From the NCBI GenBank assembly GCA_963720495.1, contig CAVRFU010000013.1, positions 154,790 to 218,789 on the forward strand: DNA of 64,000 bases, read 5' to 3'. Positions 29,064 through 40,001 of the stretch are shown piece after piece; position 1 is the first letter of the stretch; every line of letters starts with the position of its first letter. Both the position numbers and the translations under genes were made by a program. The DNA comes from an uncultured Chloroflexia bacterium (lineage in GTDB: Bacteria > Chloroflexota > Limnocylindria > Limnocylindrales > CSP1-4). The notes under the pieces are model-generated. The model made no database searches. It was not told the origin of the DNA and worked only from the letters and a program-made list of their open reading frames with translations.

Positions 29064-29975
29064 TCATGATCTGACCATCCTAGACCCAGATCCGTCCGGA
29101 TTCGAGTGGGCCAAGGGTACCGGGAGCGAAACGCTCACACGGTCGGTGCCGGGCCCGCGACGGAACGTCAGATCCGTGAAGCCCGCCGTCGTCGCGATCG
29201 CGTAGCCATCGTCCAGGCCCCAGTTCGCGTGCTCGGCCCGGTGCGCGTCCGAGCCGATGGTGAGTGCCCGGCCACCGAGCTCGTGGAAGCGCGCCACGAT
29301 CGCCGGGTGCGGGAACGTCACGCCGATCGTGTAGCGCAGGCCGCTGGTGTTGACCTCCAGGGCCGTGCCGCTCTCGACGAGCGCCCGCAGGATCGGCTCG
29401 TACAGCTCGGGCGCCGCCTCGAACGCCTCCGGCCGGATGTGCGGGTAGACGTAGCGCTTGACGCCGTCGATGTGGCCGATCGCGTCGAACAGGCCGGACC
29501 TCGCGGCGGCCGTCACCTCGTCGAACGAGGGGGCGACGACCTCCGCCAGCGATCGGCCCGCGATCCAGCCCGCCACCCGGCTCGGGCTGTACGGCGAGGA
29601 CACCCGGTCGTGGACGGACCCGATCGTGAAGTCGTAGGCGTGGCCCGCGAGGTGGGCGCGGATGTCCGCCTCCCACGAACGGTCGTAGGTGAGCTCGACG
29701 CCGAACCGGATGGCCACGCCCTGCGGGCCCCAGCGCTCGGCGGCGTCGCGGACGACCCGCTCGCGATCGGCGAAGGTGGAATAGGCGAACGCCGGTGCGC
29801 CGGGCTCGAAGTCGACGTGATCGGTGATCGCGATCTCGGCGATGCCGTGCTCGAGCGCCGTCGCGGCGTACGTGTCGATCGGCACGTTGCTGTCCGGGGA
29901 CAGGTCGGTGTGCATGTGCGCGTCGAGCGGGAGGTCGCGCGCCTGGCGGTCGGTCGTGGTCATCTTGTGGTGCAC
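29064..29975 (-). CDS. PHP-family histidinol-phosphatase-like hydrolase
   Basis: LDAHMHTDLSPDS, ITDHVDF, GSVHD, GHIDG, GSDAH. Alternative start ATG at 29963. Confidence 0.8.
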   Translation of the reverse strand: MHHKMTTTDRQARDLPLDAHMHTDLSPDSNVPIDTYAATALEHGIAEIAITDHVDFEPGAPAFAYSTFADRERVVRDAAERWGPQGVAIRFGVELTYDRSWEADIRAHLAGHAYDFTIGSVHDRVSSPYSPSRVAGWIAGRSLAEVVAPSFDEVTAAARSGLFDAIGHIDGVKRYVYPHIRPEAFEAAPELYEPILRALVESGTALEVNTSGLRYTIGVTFPHPAIVARFHELGGRALTIGSDAHRAEHANWGLDDGYAIATTAGFTDLTFRRGPGTDRVSVSLPVPLAHSNPDGSGSRMVRS

Positions 29976-30033
29976 CGGGGAACCGTCATCCCGTCCTGCG
30001 GAACGGTGGGCGCCATCCGAACGCCCGGCGCCG

Positions 30034-31272
30034 TCACCCGGCGATCAGGCCGAGCTCGCGACCGACCCGGTCGAATGCTCCCAGCGCGGTGTCGAGCTGC
30101 TCGGTGGCGTGCGCGGCCGTGACGATCGTCCGGAGCCGCGACTTGTCGATGGCGACGGTCGGGAAGACGACCGGCTGGGCGAAGACGCCCTCCTCGAGGA
30201 GCCGGTCGCTGAACCGGCCGGCCGTGTCCGGGTCGCCCATCATCACCGGCGTGATCGGCGTCTCGGAGTGGCCGGTGTCGAACCCGAGCCGGGTGAGCTC
30301 GCCCTTGAAGTAGCGGGTGTTGGTCCACAGCCGGTCCTGCAGCTCGGGCTCGTCCTGCATCACCCGGATCGCCTCGCGACAGGCCGCCACGACGGCGGGC
30401 GGATGCGACGTCGAGAAGAGGAACGGCCGCGCCCGCTGGGTCAGGATCTCGCGCAGCGCCACGGAGCCGGCCACGTAGCCGCCCAGCGACCCGACCGCCT
30501 TCGAGAGGGTGCCGACCTGGACGGCGACCCGGCCGTGCAGGCCGAAGTGGTCGACCGAGCCGCGGCCGTTGCGCCCGAGGACGCCGGACGCGTGGGCGTC
30601 GTCGACCATCACGGCCGCCCCGTACGCCTCGGCCGCCTCGACGATGCCCGGCAGCGGCGCGATGTCGCCGTCCATCGAGAACACGCCGTCCGTGACGACC
30701 AGGATCAGGCGCCACTCGCCGCCGCCCGGCCGTCCGTCCTGGCGCGCCTCGGCGAGGATGTCGCGCAGCGCCTCGACGTCGGCGTGCGGATAGACCTTGC
30801 GCGGCGCCTTGGAGAGCCGCATGCCGTCGATGATCGAGGCGTGGTTGAGCGAATCCGAGACGATCAGGTCGGTCTCGCCGGTGATCGTCGGGATCACGCC
30901 GGTGTTCGCGGTGAACCCGGACTGGAACGTCAGGACCGCCGGGACGTCCTTGAAGGCGGCCAGCTCCAGCTCCAGGGCCTCGTGCATCGACATCGTCCCG
31001 GCGATCGTCCGGACCGCGCCGCTGCCGGCCCCGAACTCGCGGACCGCGGCGTCGGCCGCGTCGCACACGCGGGGATGGTGGGTCAGCCCGAGGTAATCGT
31101 TCGATGACAGGCTGATGAGCCGACGGCCGTCGACCGAGACGATCGGTCCCTGGGCGGAGGACATGACCCGCAGCCGGCGATAGAGGTGACGCTCGCGCAG
31201 GGCGGCGACCTCGTCGTCGAGGAAGGCCAGGGGATCGGGGCGGCCGGCAGGCCCGGGCTGTGCAGCGCTCAT
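30034..31272 (-). CDS. kbl: glycine C-acetyltransferase (2-amino-3-ketobutyrate CoA ligase)
   Basis: [31 protein letters not shown] lysine context [12 protein letters not shown] overlap with the tdh stop. Confidence 0.9.
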   Translation of the reverse strand: MSAAQPGPAGRPDPLAFLDDEVAALRERHLYRRLRVMSSAQGPIVSVDGRRLISLSSNDYLGLTHHPRVCDAADAAVREFGAGSGAVRTIAGTMSMHEALELELAAFKDVPAVLTFQSGFTANTGVIPTITGETDLIVSDSLNHASIIDGMRLSKAPRKVYPHADVEALRDILAEARQDGRPGGGEWRLILVVTDGVFSMDGDIAPLPGIVEAAEAYGAAVMVDDAHASGVLGRNGRGSVDHFGLHGRVAVQVGTLSKAVGSLGGYVAGSVALREILTQRARPFLFSTSHPPAVVAACREAIRVMQDEPELQDRLWTNTRYFKGELTRLGFDTGHSETPITPVMMGDPDTAGRFSDRLLEEGVFAQPVVFPTVAIDKSRLRTIVTAAHATEQLDTALGAFDRVGRELGLIAG

Positions 31273-32297
31273 GACATCCAATCCATGATGACCTTGCCCG
31301 AGTCGCCGTGCCGGGCGGCCGCGAAGGCCGCGACGTGCTCGCGGAACCCGAACCGGTGGGTGATGGCCGGGGTGATATCGAGCCCCGACTGGAGCATCAC
31401 CGTCATCTTGTACCAAGTCTCGTACATCTCGCGACCGTAGATGCCCCGCACGGTCAGCATCTTGAACACGATGGCATTGACGTCGAGGGCGATCTCCTCG
31501 GTCGGGATGCCGAGGATGGCGACCCCGCCGCCGTGCGCCATCGAGCCGATCGCCGATCGGAGCGCGGCCGGATTGCCCGACATCTCCATGGCCACGTCGA
31601 AGCCCTCGACCATGTCCAGCTCGGCGAAGGCGGACTCCAGGGTGCGCTCGCGCGGGTCGATGGCGAGCGACGCGCCCATCCTGGTCGCCAGGGCTCGCCG
31701 ATAGGCATTGGGCTCGCTGACGACGACGTGACGCGCGCCGGCATGTCGGGCCACGGCGGTCGCCATGAGCCCGATCGGGCCCGCCCCGGAGATCAGGACG
31801 TCCTCGCCCAGGGTCGGGAACGCGAGCGCGGTGTGGACCGCGTTGCCGAACGGGTCGAAGATCGCCGCGACCTCCTCGTCGATCCCCGGCCAGTGGTGCC
31901 AGACGTTGGTCATCGGCAGCACGACGTACTCGGCGAACGCGCCGTCCCGGCCGACCCCGAGCCCGATCGTGTACGCGCAGAGATGGCGCCGGCCGGCCAG
32001 GCAGTGGCGGCACCGGCCGCAGACCACGTGACCCTCACCCGACACGAGGTCGCCCGGATGGAAGTCGGCCACGTTGGCACCGACCTCGGTCACCTCGCCG
32101 ACGAACTCGTGCCCGACCACGATCGGAGGCGCGATCGTCCGGGCGGCCCACGGATCCCAGGCCTCGATGTGGAGGTCCGTCCCGCAGATCCCCGTCTTGT
32201 GGACCCGGATCAGGACGTCGTTGATGCCGACGGACGGCATCGGGACGTCACGCAGGTCGAGGCCGGGGCCGGGTCCGCTCTTGACCAGGGCCAGCAT
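31269..32297 (-). CDS. tdh: L-threonine 3-dehydrogenase
   Basis: Zn-ADH motifs [39 protein letters not shown]. Followed by kbl. Confidence 0.95.
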   Translation of the reverse strand: MLALVKSGPGPGLDLRDVPMPSVGINDVLIRVHKTGICGTDLHIEAWDPWAARTIAPPIVVGHEFVGEVTEVGANVADFHPGDLVSGEGHVVCGRCRHCLAGRRHLCAYTIGLGVGRDGAFAEYVVLPMTNVWHHWPGIDEEVAAIFDPFGNAVHTALAFPTLGEDVLISGAGPIGLMATAVARHAGARHVVVSEPNAYRRALATRMGASLAIDPRERTLESAFAELDMVEGFDVAMEMSGNPAALRSAIGSMAHGGGVAILGIPTEEIALDVNAIVFKMLTVRGIYGREMYETWYKMTVMLQSGLDITPAITHRFGFREHVAAFAAARHGDSGKVIMDWMS

Positions 32298-32300
32298 CCG

Positions 32301-33267
32301 TCAGTGGTCGCCGATGAGCTCGTCGAGGTCCGGATCCGCCTCGTCGAGCTCGTCCTCGTCCTCGACGTCGGTCCAGGCGACGACCGGGTTCTCGACGGCC
32401 CCGATGCCCTCGATGCTGCAGCGGACCCGGTCGCCCGGCAGCAGGTAGACCGGCGGGTCGCGGAAGACGCCGACGCCGGCGGGGGTTCCCGTCGCGATGA
32501 TGTCGCCCGGCTCGAGCGTGATCGAGCGGCTGATGAACTCGATGAGCTCGGCGACGCCCCAGATCATGTCCGCGGTCGTGCTGTCCTGCATCAGGATCTC
32601 GGCGCCGTCGTCCGGGCCGGAGCCGGGCAGCCGCCACGACTGGAGCCGGAGCGCCTGGGGATCGTCGATCTCGTCGGCGGTGACCAGGACCGAGCCCATC
32701 GGCAGGAAGGTGTCGGAGCCCTTGGCGCGCAGCCACTGGCCGTCGCCGACCTCGCCCTCGGCGAGGGCCGCCGGCACGCCCTGCCAGTCCCGGGCGCTGA
32801 CGTCGTTGAGCACGAGGTAGCCGGCCACGTGGTCGAGCGCGTCCTCGCGCTGGACGCGCCTGGCCCGCGTGCCGATGACGACGCCGAGCTCCACCTCGAG
32901 GTCGAGCGCGTGCGTCCCCTCCGGGCACACGATCGGCTCGCCGTCGCCGATGACCGTGTTGGCGAACTTGGAGAACAGCAGCGGGCGGGTCGGCAGCGGG
33001 CGGCCACCCTCGGCGGCGTGGGCACGGTAGTTGAGGCCGACGCACACGATCTTGCCCGGGAACGGGACCGGGGCCACCAGCTCGACCGAGTCGAGCGGGA
33101 GCCCCGCCGCCCCCTCGAGCACCGTCGGCCCGGCGACGGAGATCGTCGAGGGCCTCGGGATCGAGGTCGATGCCGGTCAGGAAGCCGTCGAAGACCGGGA
33201 TCAGGCGATCACCCACGAGGACCGCCGTCCCACCGTCCTCATCGCCCAGGTACGAGACGAGCCGCAT
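32301..33267 (-). CDS. fumarylacetoacetate hydrolase family protein; one frame break (~33120)
   Basis: N-terminus MRLVSYLGDEDGGTAVLVGDRLIPV in one frame. GKIVCVGLNYRAHA, EVELGVVIG, NDVSARDWQ, PGDIIATGTPAGVG in the other. Confidence 0.85.
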
Positions 33268-33277
33268 CGCCGGGCCG

Positions 33278-34367
33278 TCAGCTGGCCGACGGGGCGGCGC
33301 TGGCCGGGGCCGCGCTCTCGCTCGGGAGCGGGCTGGCGGTCACGGCGGGCGTCGCACTCGGTGCGCTGGACTCGGCCGGCGCCTCCGACGTGGTCGGGCT
33401 GGCGCTCGGGACAGCGCATTGCTTCTCCGGGTTCGTCCGCTCGCCCCATTGATCCCAGAAGGCCAGGATCTTGGCCTGGTCGAACGTGTCGAGCTGGAGC
33501 ACGCGACCCCAGACGATCGCCTGGAACGGCGTCGACATCTGGTCGAACCGGGCGATCACCGGCCCGATCGCGCCCTTCGGTGTGCCGCAGACGGGGCCTG
33601 GCGGGAAGGCGTCGTAGAACGCGCGCAGCTGGGCCTGGCCCTCGGCGGTCGCGCCGGTGCTGTTGCCCTGGTAGAGCACGACCAGGCCGCCGTGTTCCAG
33701 GTTGTGGATCCAGCCCTGCGGGATGACGTTGTCGTTCGGGCCATAGACGCGAGCCGGGATCGGTCCGGCGACGCCCGGCTTGTTGATGTGGTTGCCCGAC
33801 GCCGGGGCGCAATAGGTGTAGGTCACCTTCTCGCCGACCCCGACGTGCTGGTGGCCCATGTCCGGCTGGACGTAGCCGAGCGCGGGCGTGGCCCCGGGCG
33901 AGGGCGACGCGGTCGGGTCGGGCGTCCAGATGGTCGAGCAGGCGTAGGCGGCCTGCGAGGCGGAGAAGAACACGAAGAGCGAGATCAGGGCCACGCCGGC
34001 CAGCGCCGCGACGACGACGATCGGCCGTCCGGTAGCGCTCCATGAACGAGCGCTGGTGGACGATGCGCTGGCGCTCCCGACGGCCGGCCCGGCTGGACGA
34101 CGTGCGGGAGCTGGACGGACGCGGCGCGCCACTGCTGCCGCTGGGCCGGGACCCACCCGCGCCGGCGGTGCCCGTCGCGCCGGATCCGGTCTTCGAGGCC
34201 CCGGTCGCGCCACTCCCGCCGGTCGCGCCACTCGCGCCGGTCGCACCGGTCGAGGTCAGCTCGATCGTCGGGCCGGTGGGCTGCGACGAGGTCGGTGGCG
34301 GGCTGGCCGGACGGCTCGTCGCGGGGTTCGTGCCGGGTCGCTGGCGCCGGCGGCTGGCTTTGCTCAC
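33278..34367 (-). CDS. DUF3105-like membrane-anchored protein with low-complexity N-terminal region; one frame break (~34030)
   Basis: TM IVVVAALAGVALISLFVFF. YCAPASGNH, NLEHGGLVVLY, STPFQAIVWGR. Confidence 0.75.
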
Positions 34368-34503
34368 GTGGTTGCCTCGGTGTCGGGTCGGTGGATGACG
34401 GTCGGCTCGGAAGACGGTTCCGATGGGCGGCTCTCGGCCGCGCGCACGGTGAGGGTACCGTCCCGGCCCGCGATCGTGCCGGACGAGGCCCCCCGGCCGG
34501 TCC

Positions 34504-34875
34504 TCATGGCTCGTTCAGGTAGGTCCGGATCTCCGGCCGGAGCAGGCCGCGGAACAGGGCCAGGGCGAGCGTGGCGACGAAGATGCCCTCGACGATCAGC
34601 CGGCTCAGGAGCAGCAGCGGCACCAGCGGGATGGTCAGGCTGACCAGGCCCAGGGCCAGGCCGCGGGCGGCCTGCTTGCGCTGCAGGACCAGCGTCGTGG
34701 TGAAGATCGTGTACGCCAGCAGGATCATCACGACGAGGCCTTCGAAGCTGACCGGCACCGAGATGGCCAGGTCGACCACGGAGCGCAGGCTGATGCCGAT
34801 CCCGAACAGGATCAGCAGCGCATAGAGCAGGAAGAGGCGGATGCCACCGGGCATCGCGCGGACGCGGTCGATCAT
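34504..34875 (-). CDS. small integral membrane protein
   Basis: ATG at 34875 (MIDRVRAMPGG). Four hydrophobic segments. Confidence 0.55.
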   Translation of the reverse strand: MIDRVRAMPGGIRLFLLYALLILFGIGISLRSVVDLAISVPVSFEGLVVMILLAYTIFTTTLVLQRKQAARGLALGLVSLTIPLVPLLLLSRLIVEGIFVATLALALFRGLLRPEIRTYLNEP

Positions 34876-34955
34876 CGCGCCCGCATCGTACCGGACGCTG
34901 CGGTTCGGCCCTCGGACACCGCTTCCGCGGGCCGCGAAGGGGCCGCCGCGCTGCC

Positions 34956-35000
34956 TTGACACGGGCTGGACGGGCCTCCTATCGTGGCTAAACCGGTTTA
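34956..35000 (+). promoter_or_regulatory. sigma-70-like promoter (TTGACA, 18 nt, TATCGT) with overlapping 12-bp perfect palindrome TAAACCGGTTTA, a candidate LacI operator
   Basis: -35 box 34956-34961, -10 box 34980-34985, palindrome 34989-35000. Located 57 nt upstream of the LacI-family gene start. Confidence 0.55.
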
Positions 35001-35056
35001 CGTGCCCGGCCGACACGCCCGACGCACGACCCGAGCCCACCCAGCGGGAGAGCTGA

Positions 35057-36120
35057 TTGGACCAGCGCCTCGGCCGTCCGCGCATCGCCGACGTCGCCCG
35101 CGAGGCCGGCGTGTCGAAGACGGCCGTCTCCTTCGCCTTCAACAGCCCGGACCGGCTGGCGCCCGAGACGGCTCGGCGGATCCACGTCGTGGCCGAGCAG
35201 CTCGGCTACACCCCCCACCCCGTCGCCCGGATGCTCAGCCAGCGCGAGACCCGGACGATCGGGGTCCTCACGCCGCAGGCCCTGTCGGTCATCTTCTCCA
35301 ACCCGTTCTTCGGTGCGTTCAGCGAGGGCGTGGCATTCGCGGCCGAGGCGCACGGCTACGCCCTGTACTTCATCTCGCCCCTGCACGGCAGCCTGGCCCG
35401 GGCGATGGGGCGGGCGACGGTCGACGGCGTGGTGGCCATCGGTCTCAGCGACGACCATCCGGAGGTCGAACAGATCCGGCGCGCCGGCGTGCCGATCGTC
35501 CTCGTCGACTCGAGCGCCCTGCCGGACCACGGCTCGATCGACGTCGACGACCAGGGCGGCGCGCGGATGGCGGCCGAGCACGTCATCGGTCTGGGCCACC
35601 GGGATGTGCTGATCGTCGGGGTGGAGCCGCCGGCGCCGTCGACCGTGATCGATCCCGGGAGTGTGAGCGGCCGGCGTCTGCGCGGCTACCGTGAGGCGTT
35701 CGACGCGGTCGGCGTGACCATCCCGGACGATCGCATCGTCGTCGGCCCGGCCAGCATCGAGGGCGGGATCGCCGCGCTCGAGACGGCGTGGCGAAACGGG
35801 GGCGGCCCACCGCCGTCCTGGCCATGAGCGACGCGATGGCGATCGGTGTCATGCGCGCGCTGCGCGGTCGCGGCCTCGCGATCCCCGCCGATGTCAGTAT
35901 CGTGGGCTTCGATGACATCGACCTCGCCCAGCACGTCGACCCACCGCTGACGACCGTCCACCAGCCGATCCGCCGCAAGGGCGAGGAGGCCGTCCGCCTG
36001 CTCCTGACCGTCATCGAGGGACGCGACGCTGCCGCGCCCGAGCATCGACGGCTGGAGACGACGCTCGTCGTCCGCGGTTCGACGGGCCCCGTCCCACGAG
36101 CGCGCCGGCGCCTGCCGTGA
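35057..36120 (+). CDS. LacI-family transcriptional regulator; frame break in a G5 run (35798-35802)
   Basis: [37 protein letters not shown]. Then, in the second frame, [35 protein letters not shown]. Confidence 0.85.
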
Positions 36121-36133
36121 CGCACGGGCGTCG

Positions 36134-37637
36134 ATGAGCGTCGACACGCCCGCCTGGGTCCGGGACGCGATCTTCTACCAGATCTTCCCCGACCGGTTCG
36201 CCGCCAGCGGGCGCGTCCACAAGCCCGGCGTCCTCGAGCCGTGGGACGCGCCGCCGACCAACTTCGGGTTCAAGGGCGGCGACCTGCGCGGCATCGTGGA
36301 GCACCTCGACTACCTCGAGGACCTCGGGGTCACCGCCGTCTACCTGACGCCGATCTTCCAGTCGGCCTCGAACCACCGCTATCACACGTACGACTACTTC
36401 GCGGTCGATCCGCTGCTCGGCGGCGACGCCGCGCTCCGCGAGCTGCTCGACCGCGCCCACGACCGCGGGATGCGGGTGGTCCTCGATGGCGTCTTCAACC
36501 ACACCGGGCGGGGGTTCTGGCCCTTCCATCACATCCTCGAGACCGGCGCTGCGTCGCCGTACCGCGACTGGTTCCTGCTCGATGCCGAGCGGCTCGACGG
36601 TGGCCGCCCGCTGCTGGCCTACCCGCCGCCCGGCACGCCGCGGTCGGCCCACGGGTACGAGGCGTGGTGGGGGCTGCCGGCGCTGCCCAAGCTCAACACG
36701 GCCAACCCCGAGGTCCGCGAGTACCTCCTGCGGGTGGCGGAGCACTGGCTGCGCTTCGGCATCGACGGCTGGCGCCTCGACGTGCCGCAGGAGATCGACG
36801 ACGAGGCGTTCTGGCAGGAGTTCCGACGCCGCTGCCGGGCGGTCCGGTCCGATGCCTACCTCGTCGGCGAGATCTGGGGGGTCGCGCCCGGAATGGCTGC
36901 GGGGCGATCGGTTCGACGCCCTGATGAACTACCCGCTGGGCGAGGCGATCCTCGGCTTCGCCGGCGGGCCACTGCTCGACATGGACGTCGTCCGCCGCCA
37001 TCACTCGTACGCCCGAAGCCTGCGACCGCTGGACGGCCCGGCATTCGCAGACAGGGTGAGGGAGCTCGCGGCGGCCTACGACCCGGACGTCGTGGCGGTC
37101 CAGCTCGACCTGGTCGGGTCGCACGATGCCCCGCGGCTGCGGACGGTCCTGGGCGACGACGTCACGGGCGTCCGGCTGGCGACGCTCCTCCAGATGACGC
37201 TCCCGGGCGCGCCGTGCATCTACTACGGCGACGAGATCGGGCTGCGCGGCGGCAACGATCCGGAGAACCGCGGGGCCTTCCCGTGGGACGAGGGCCGCTG
37301 GGACACCGGTCTGCGCGACTCGGTCCGGGCGATGACGCGCCTCCGGGCGACCGAGCCGGCCCTCCGCGACAGCCCGCTGCGGGCCGTCGGCGCGTGGGGA
37401 TCCGCCGTGGCCTTCGAGCGCGGCGCCGGCGCGGCACGCTTCGTCGTCGCGGTCAACGCGGGCGATTCGCAGATCGACCTCCAGCTCTGGTTCGGCGATG
37501 CGCCGGAGGGCGCCGGAGGGCACCTCGCCTCGGTGGAGCTGGCCGGGTTCGCCCCCATCGGGGAGACGCCGATCGTCGACGGCCGCGCGACGATCGGTCT
37601 CGCCCCGCGGTCCGGCGGCGTGCTGCGCGTCGTCTAG
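36134..37637 (+). CDS. GH13 alpha-amylase family glycoside hydrolase; frame break in a G6 run (36876-36881)
   Basis: [17 protein letters not shown]...[48 protein letters not shown]. Then, in the second frame, NYPLG, GSHDAPR, YYGDEIG. Confidence 0.85.
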
Positions 37638-37649
37638 GCGGGTCCGAGC

Positions 37650-38288
37650 GTGGTTTTCGGTCATACTCCCGCTCCTGTGGCTGATCTACCCATCGACCTC
37701 GGAGACGGGCTCACCGAGCACTTCGCCCGTGTCCTCGATGTCGAGGCCAAGATCCCGCGGGCGCTGGACGCACTGGGTTCGCTGGGGGGAAGCGACGTCC
37801 TGCTGCTCGATGGCGCCGACGGGATCAGGGCCCGGCAGCTCACCGAGCTCGGCGCGCGGGTCTCGTTCGCGAAGGCGGATGGACCGGCGGGCATCGACGC
37901 GCCCGACGCGTCGGTGGACTGCATCGTCGGCATGTGGACGGCGTTCCGTGGCCTGACCGACGACGAGCGGCGCGAGGCGGCCCGCGTCCTGCGCCCGGAC
38001 GGGCGGTTCCTGGTGGTCCTCGACTACGGCCGCGACGACGTGTCGCGGCTGCGGGGCGACCTGCCCGAGTACGGGATGCTGAGCCGCCGCGATGGACCGT
38101 TCCTGCGCGGCGGGTTCAAGGTCCGGGTGGTCCACTGCTTCTGGACGTTCCCGTCGCTGGACGAGGCGCAGACGTTCCTGGACGCGGGCTTCGGCGACGT
38201 CGGACGGACGGTGGCGACGTCACTGAAGCGCCCGCGCCTGTCGTACAACGTGGCGGTCTACCACCGGGCCTTCGGAGGCGCGGCGTGA
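37650..38288 (+). CDS. class I methyltransferase-fold protein with degenerate SAM motif
   Basis: VLLLDGADG in place of the usual [23 protein letters not shown]. 212 aa. Confidence 0.6.
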   Translation: MVFGHTPAPVADLPIDLGDGLTEHFARVLDVEAKIPRALDALGSLGGSDVLLLDGADGIRARQLTELGARVSFAKADGPAGIDAPDASVDCIVGMWTAFRGLTDDERREAARVLRPDGRFLVVLDYGRDDVSRLRGDLPEYGMLSRRDGPFLRGGFKVRVVHCFWTFPSLDEAQTFLDAGFGDVGRTVATSLKRPRLSYNVAVYHRAFGGAA

Positions 38289-38612
38289 CCGCGTCGGGCG
38301 CCCGCCGGATCTCGCCCGGGGTCGTCTTCCTGGCGATCGCGCTGATCGGCTCGGTCGTCTTCGTCGCTGTACGCCATCACCGTCCGCGACACGTCGCAGA
38401 TCCCGTTGCTGACGGCCGGCGGCGTGGTCCTCGGGATCGTCTTCCTCGCGTCTCGCCGCTGTACACGCTGCGGGCCGACGTGGCGGGCGGGCATCGACGG
38501 CCGGAACGGGCGCGCGCTCGGCCTCGGCGTCGGCGGCGGCATCGCGGCGATCATCGGGGCCGGCTGCCTGGCCGGCGCGATCATCCTGTTCCTCCTCTCG
38601 CAGCCCGCCTGA
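38285..38612 (+). CDS. small membrane protein, frame uncertain (at least one break ~38365)
   Basis: GTGA overlap with the upstream stop. Hydrophobic pieces VVFLAIALIGSVVFVA, LLTAGGVVLGIVFLA, GGGIAAIIGAGCLAGAIILFLL. Confidence 0.4.
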
Positions 38613-38644
38613 GGCGCCCGGACCGGGCGCGCGAGGCCCTCTGG

Positions 38645-38650
38645 TAGACT
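38645..38650 (+). promoter_or_regulatory. putative -10 box TAGACT, 13 nt upstream of tRNA-Glu
   Basis: TAnnnT hexamer in the same form as the leaderless-gene boxes. Confidence 0.35.
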
Positions 38651-38663
38651 CCCGCGGTACCCG

Positions 38664-38740
38664 GCCCCCATCGTCTAGAGGCCTAGGACGCCACCCTTTC
38701 AAGGTGGAGATCAGGGGTTCGAATCCCCTTGGGGGTACCA
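38664..38740 (+). tRNA. tRNA-Glu: tRNA-Glu (anticodon UUC), CCA encoded
   Basis: Cloverleaf folded by eye. Acceptor GCCCCCA/TGGGGGT, D-arm GTCTAGAGGCCTAGGAC, anticodon stem CCACC/GGTGG with loop CTTTCAA, T-arm AGGGG-TTCGAAT-CCCCT, discriminator A plus CCA. Confidence 0.9.
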
Positions 38741-38792
38741 CCCCCACGTGCCGAGCGGCCATCGCCGCGACCGCCCTGCTACCATCGACCCG

Positions 38793-39146
38793 ATGGAGAT
38801 CATGGGCGTGCAGATCCGCACCATCGTCAAGGACAACGTCGCGTCACGTTGCGACGGATGCCACGACGTGATCGATGGGACCCCCTGGCGGGTCAACCTC
38901 CTCGACATCGTCGCGGCCGAGTCGCCGGTCGACTGGACCGCCCGCCCGACGATCAACCCGGGCCCGTTCCAGTTCCACAGCGATCCGGCCTGCGTCCGGC
39001 GCTGGATGGCCGACAAGGGCTACCTGTTCTGCCGCCGCGGCGAGGTCCGCGAGATCATGCGGCCGATGGCCATCCCGACCGATCCGCCCCGCTGGGGCCT
39101 GTGCGACGGCATCCATCGCGACGACCACGAGTTCGTCCCGGCCTGA
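38793..39146 (+). CDS. hypothetical Cys/His-containing protein
   Basis: GC3-rich ORF. CDGCHDV...HSDPAC...FC. Start ambiguous (GTG 38748, ATG 38793 or ATG 38802). Confidence 0.5.
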   Translation: MEIMGVQIRTIVKDNVASRCDGCHDVIDGTPWRVNLLDIVAAESPVDWTARPTINPGPFQFHSDPACVRRWMADKGYLFCRRGEVREIMRPMAIPTDPPRWGLCDGIHRDDHEFVPA

Positions 39147-39350
39147 CCGCACCCGGCGCTCCCCGGTCCGTCCGGCGCCGCGGTTTGACATGGCACCGAC
39201 GGGGCGCCTATCCTCCGCCCGCTGACTGAATCGGCGATACCCAGATTCACCAAGATTTCGGTGTTTCCATCCTCGTGTCGACGGGTCTCGGCGTGCGTAT
39301 CCCCCCACGCACGCCGGGCCCGTCGGCACCCTCGCTGATCGAGGCCTCGC

Positions 39351-40001
39351 GTGCCGGACGCCCCTTCCCCATCGCCCCGCTGGCTGTCCCTCGGACCCGC
39401 CAGCCGGCTCGTGGGCGTCGACCCGGACACGCTGCGCCGCTGGGCCGACGACGGCCGCATCGAGGCGTACCTGACGCCCGGCGGTCACCGGCGCTTCGAG
39501 CGGCGGTCGATCGAGCAGCTCGTCGCGACCCGCCGGGCGGGCACCCGACCGCTGGCCAGCCTCGGCGCGAGCCCGGACTCGCTGGCGCGTGCCTACCGGC
39601 GCTCGTACGACACCGACAAGGCGACCGGCGGGATCCCGGCGGACGACACGGTCGAGCGCGAGCGCTACCGGCGCGACGGGCGCCGGCTGGTCGAGGCGCT
39701 GGTCGCCCACCTCGATGCCGGTGCGGGCGATGGCGCCGCGCGCGACCGGGCGGAGGCGGATGCCGCTGCGCTCGTCGACGACCTGGCGCGGCGCCTGGCC
39801 CGTGGCGGCACGAGCCTGACCGAGGCGGTCGCCCTGTTCGTGGCGGCCCGGCGGCCCTTCCTCGACGCCCTGACCGGGCTCGGTCGGCGGCGGACGCTCG
39901 ACGCGGCCCGGCTGGCCGCGCTGTACGACGACGCGTCCGGCCTGCTCGATCGCCTCCTGCTCCGCCTCATCGCGACGTTCCAGGAGGCGACGGCACGATG
40001 A
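39351..40001 (+). CDS. MerR/BldC-like HTH DNA-binding protein with ~150-aa helical C-terminal domain
   Basis: LSLGPASRLVGVDPDTLRRWADDGRIEAYLTPGGHRRF resembles the BldC/excisionase-type HTH. Confidence 0.75.
   Translation: MPDAPSPSPRWLSLGPASRLVGVDPDTLRRWADDGRIEAYLTPGGHRRFERRSIEQLVATRRAGTRPLASLGASPDSLARAYRRSYDTDKATGGIPADDTVERERYRRDGRRLVEALVAHLDAGAGDGAARDRAEADAAALVDDLARRLARGGTSLTEAVALFVAARRPFLDALTGLGRRRTLDAARLAALYDDASGLLDRLLLRLIATFQEATAR

Noticed and set aside
30034-32013. 659-aa ORF extending kbl far upstream
   Set aside because: The first ~245 residues overlap tdh out of frame and are Arg/Pro-rich. The real kbl start is the ATG at 31272, overlapping the tdh stop.
31308-33452. 714-aa ORF on the plus strand
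   Set aside because: Shadow of tdh and the FAH-family gene. The same applies to 50485-52692 (-), 44516-46309 (-) and 61601-63376 (+).
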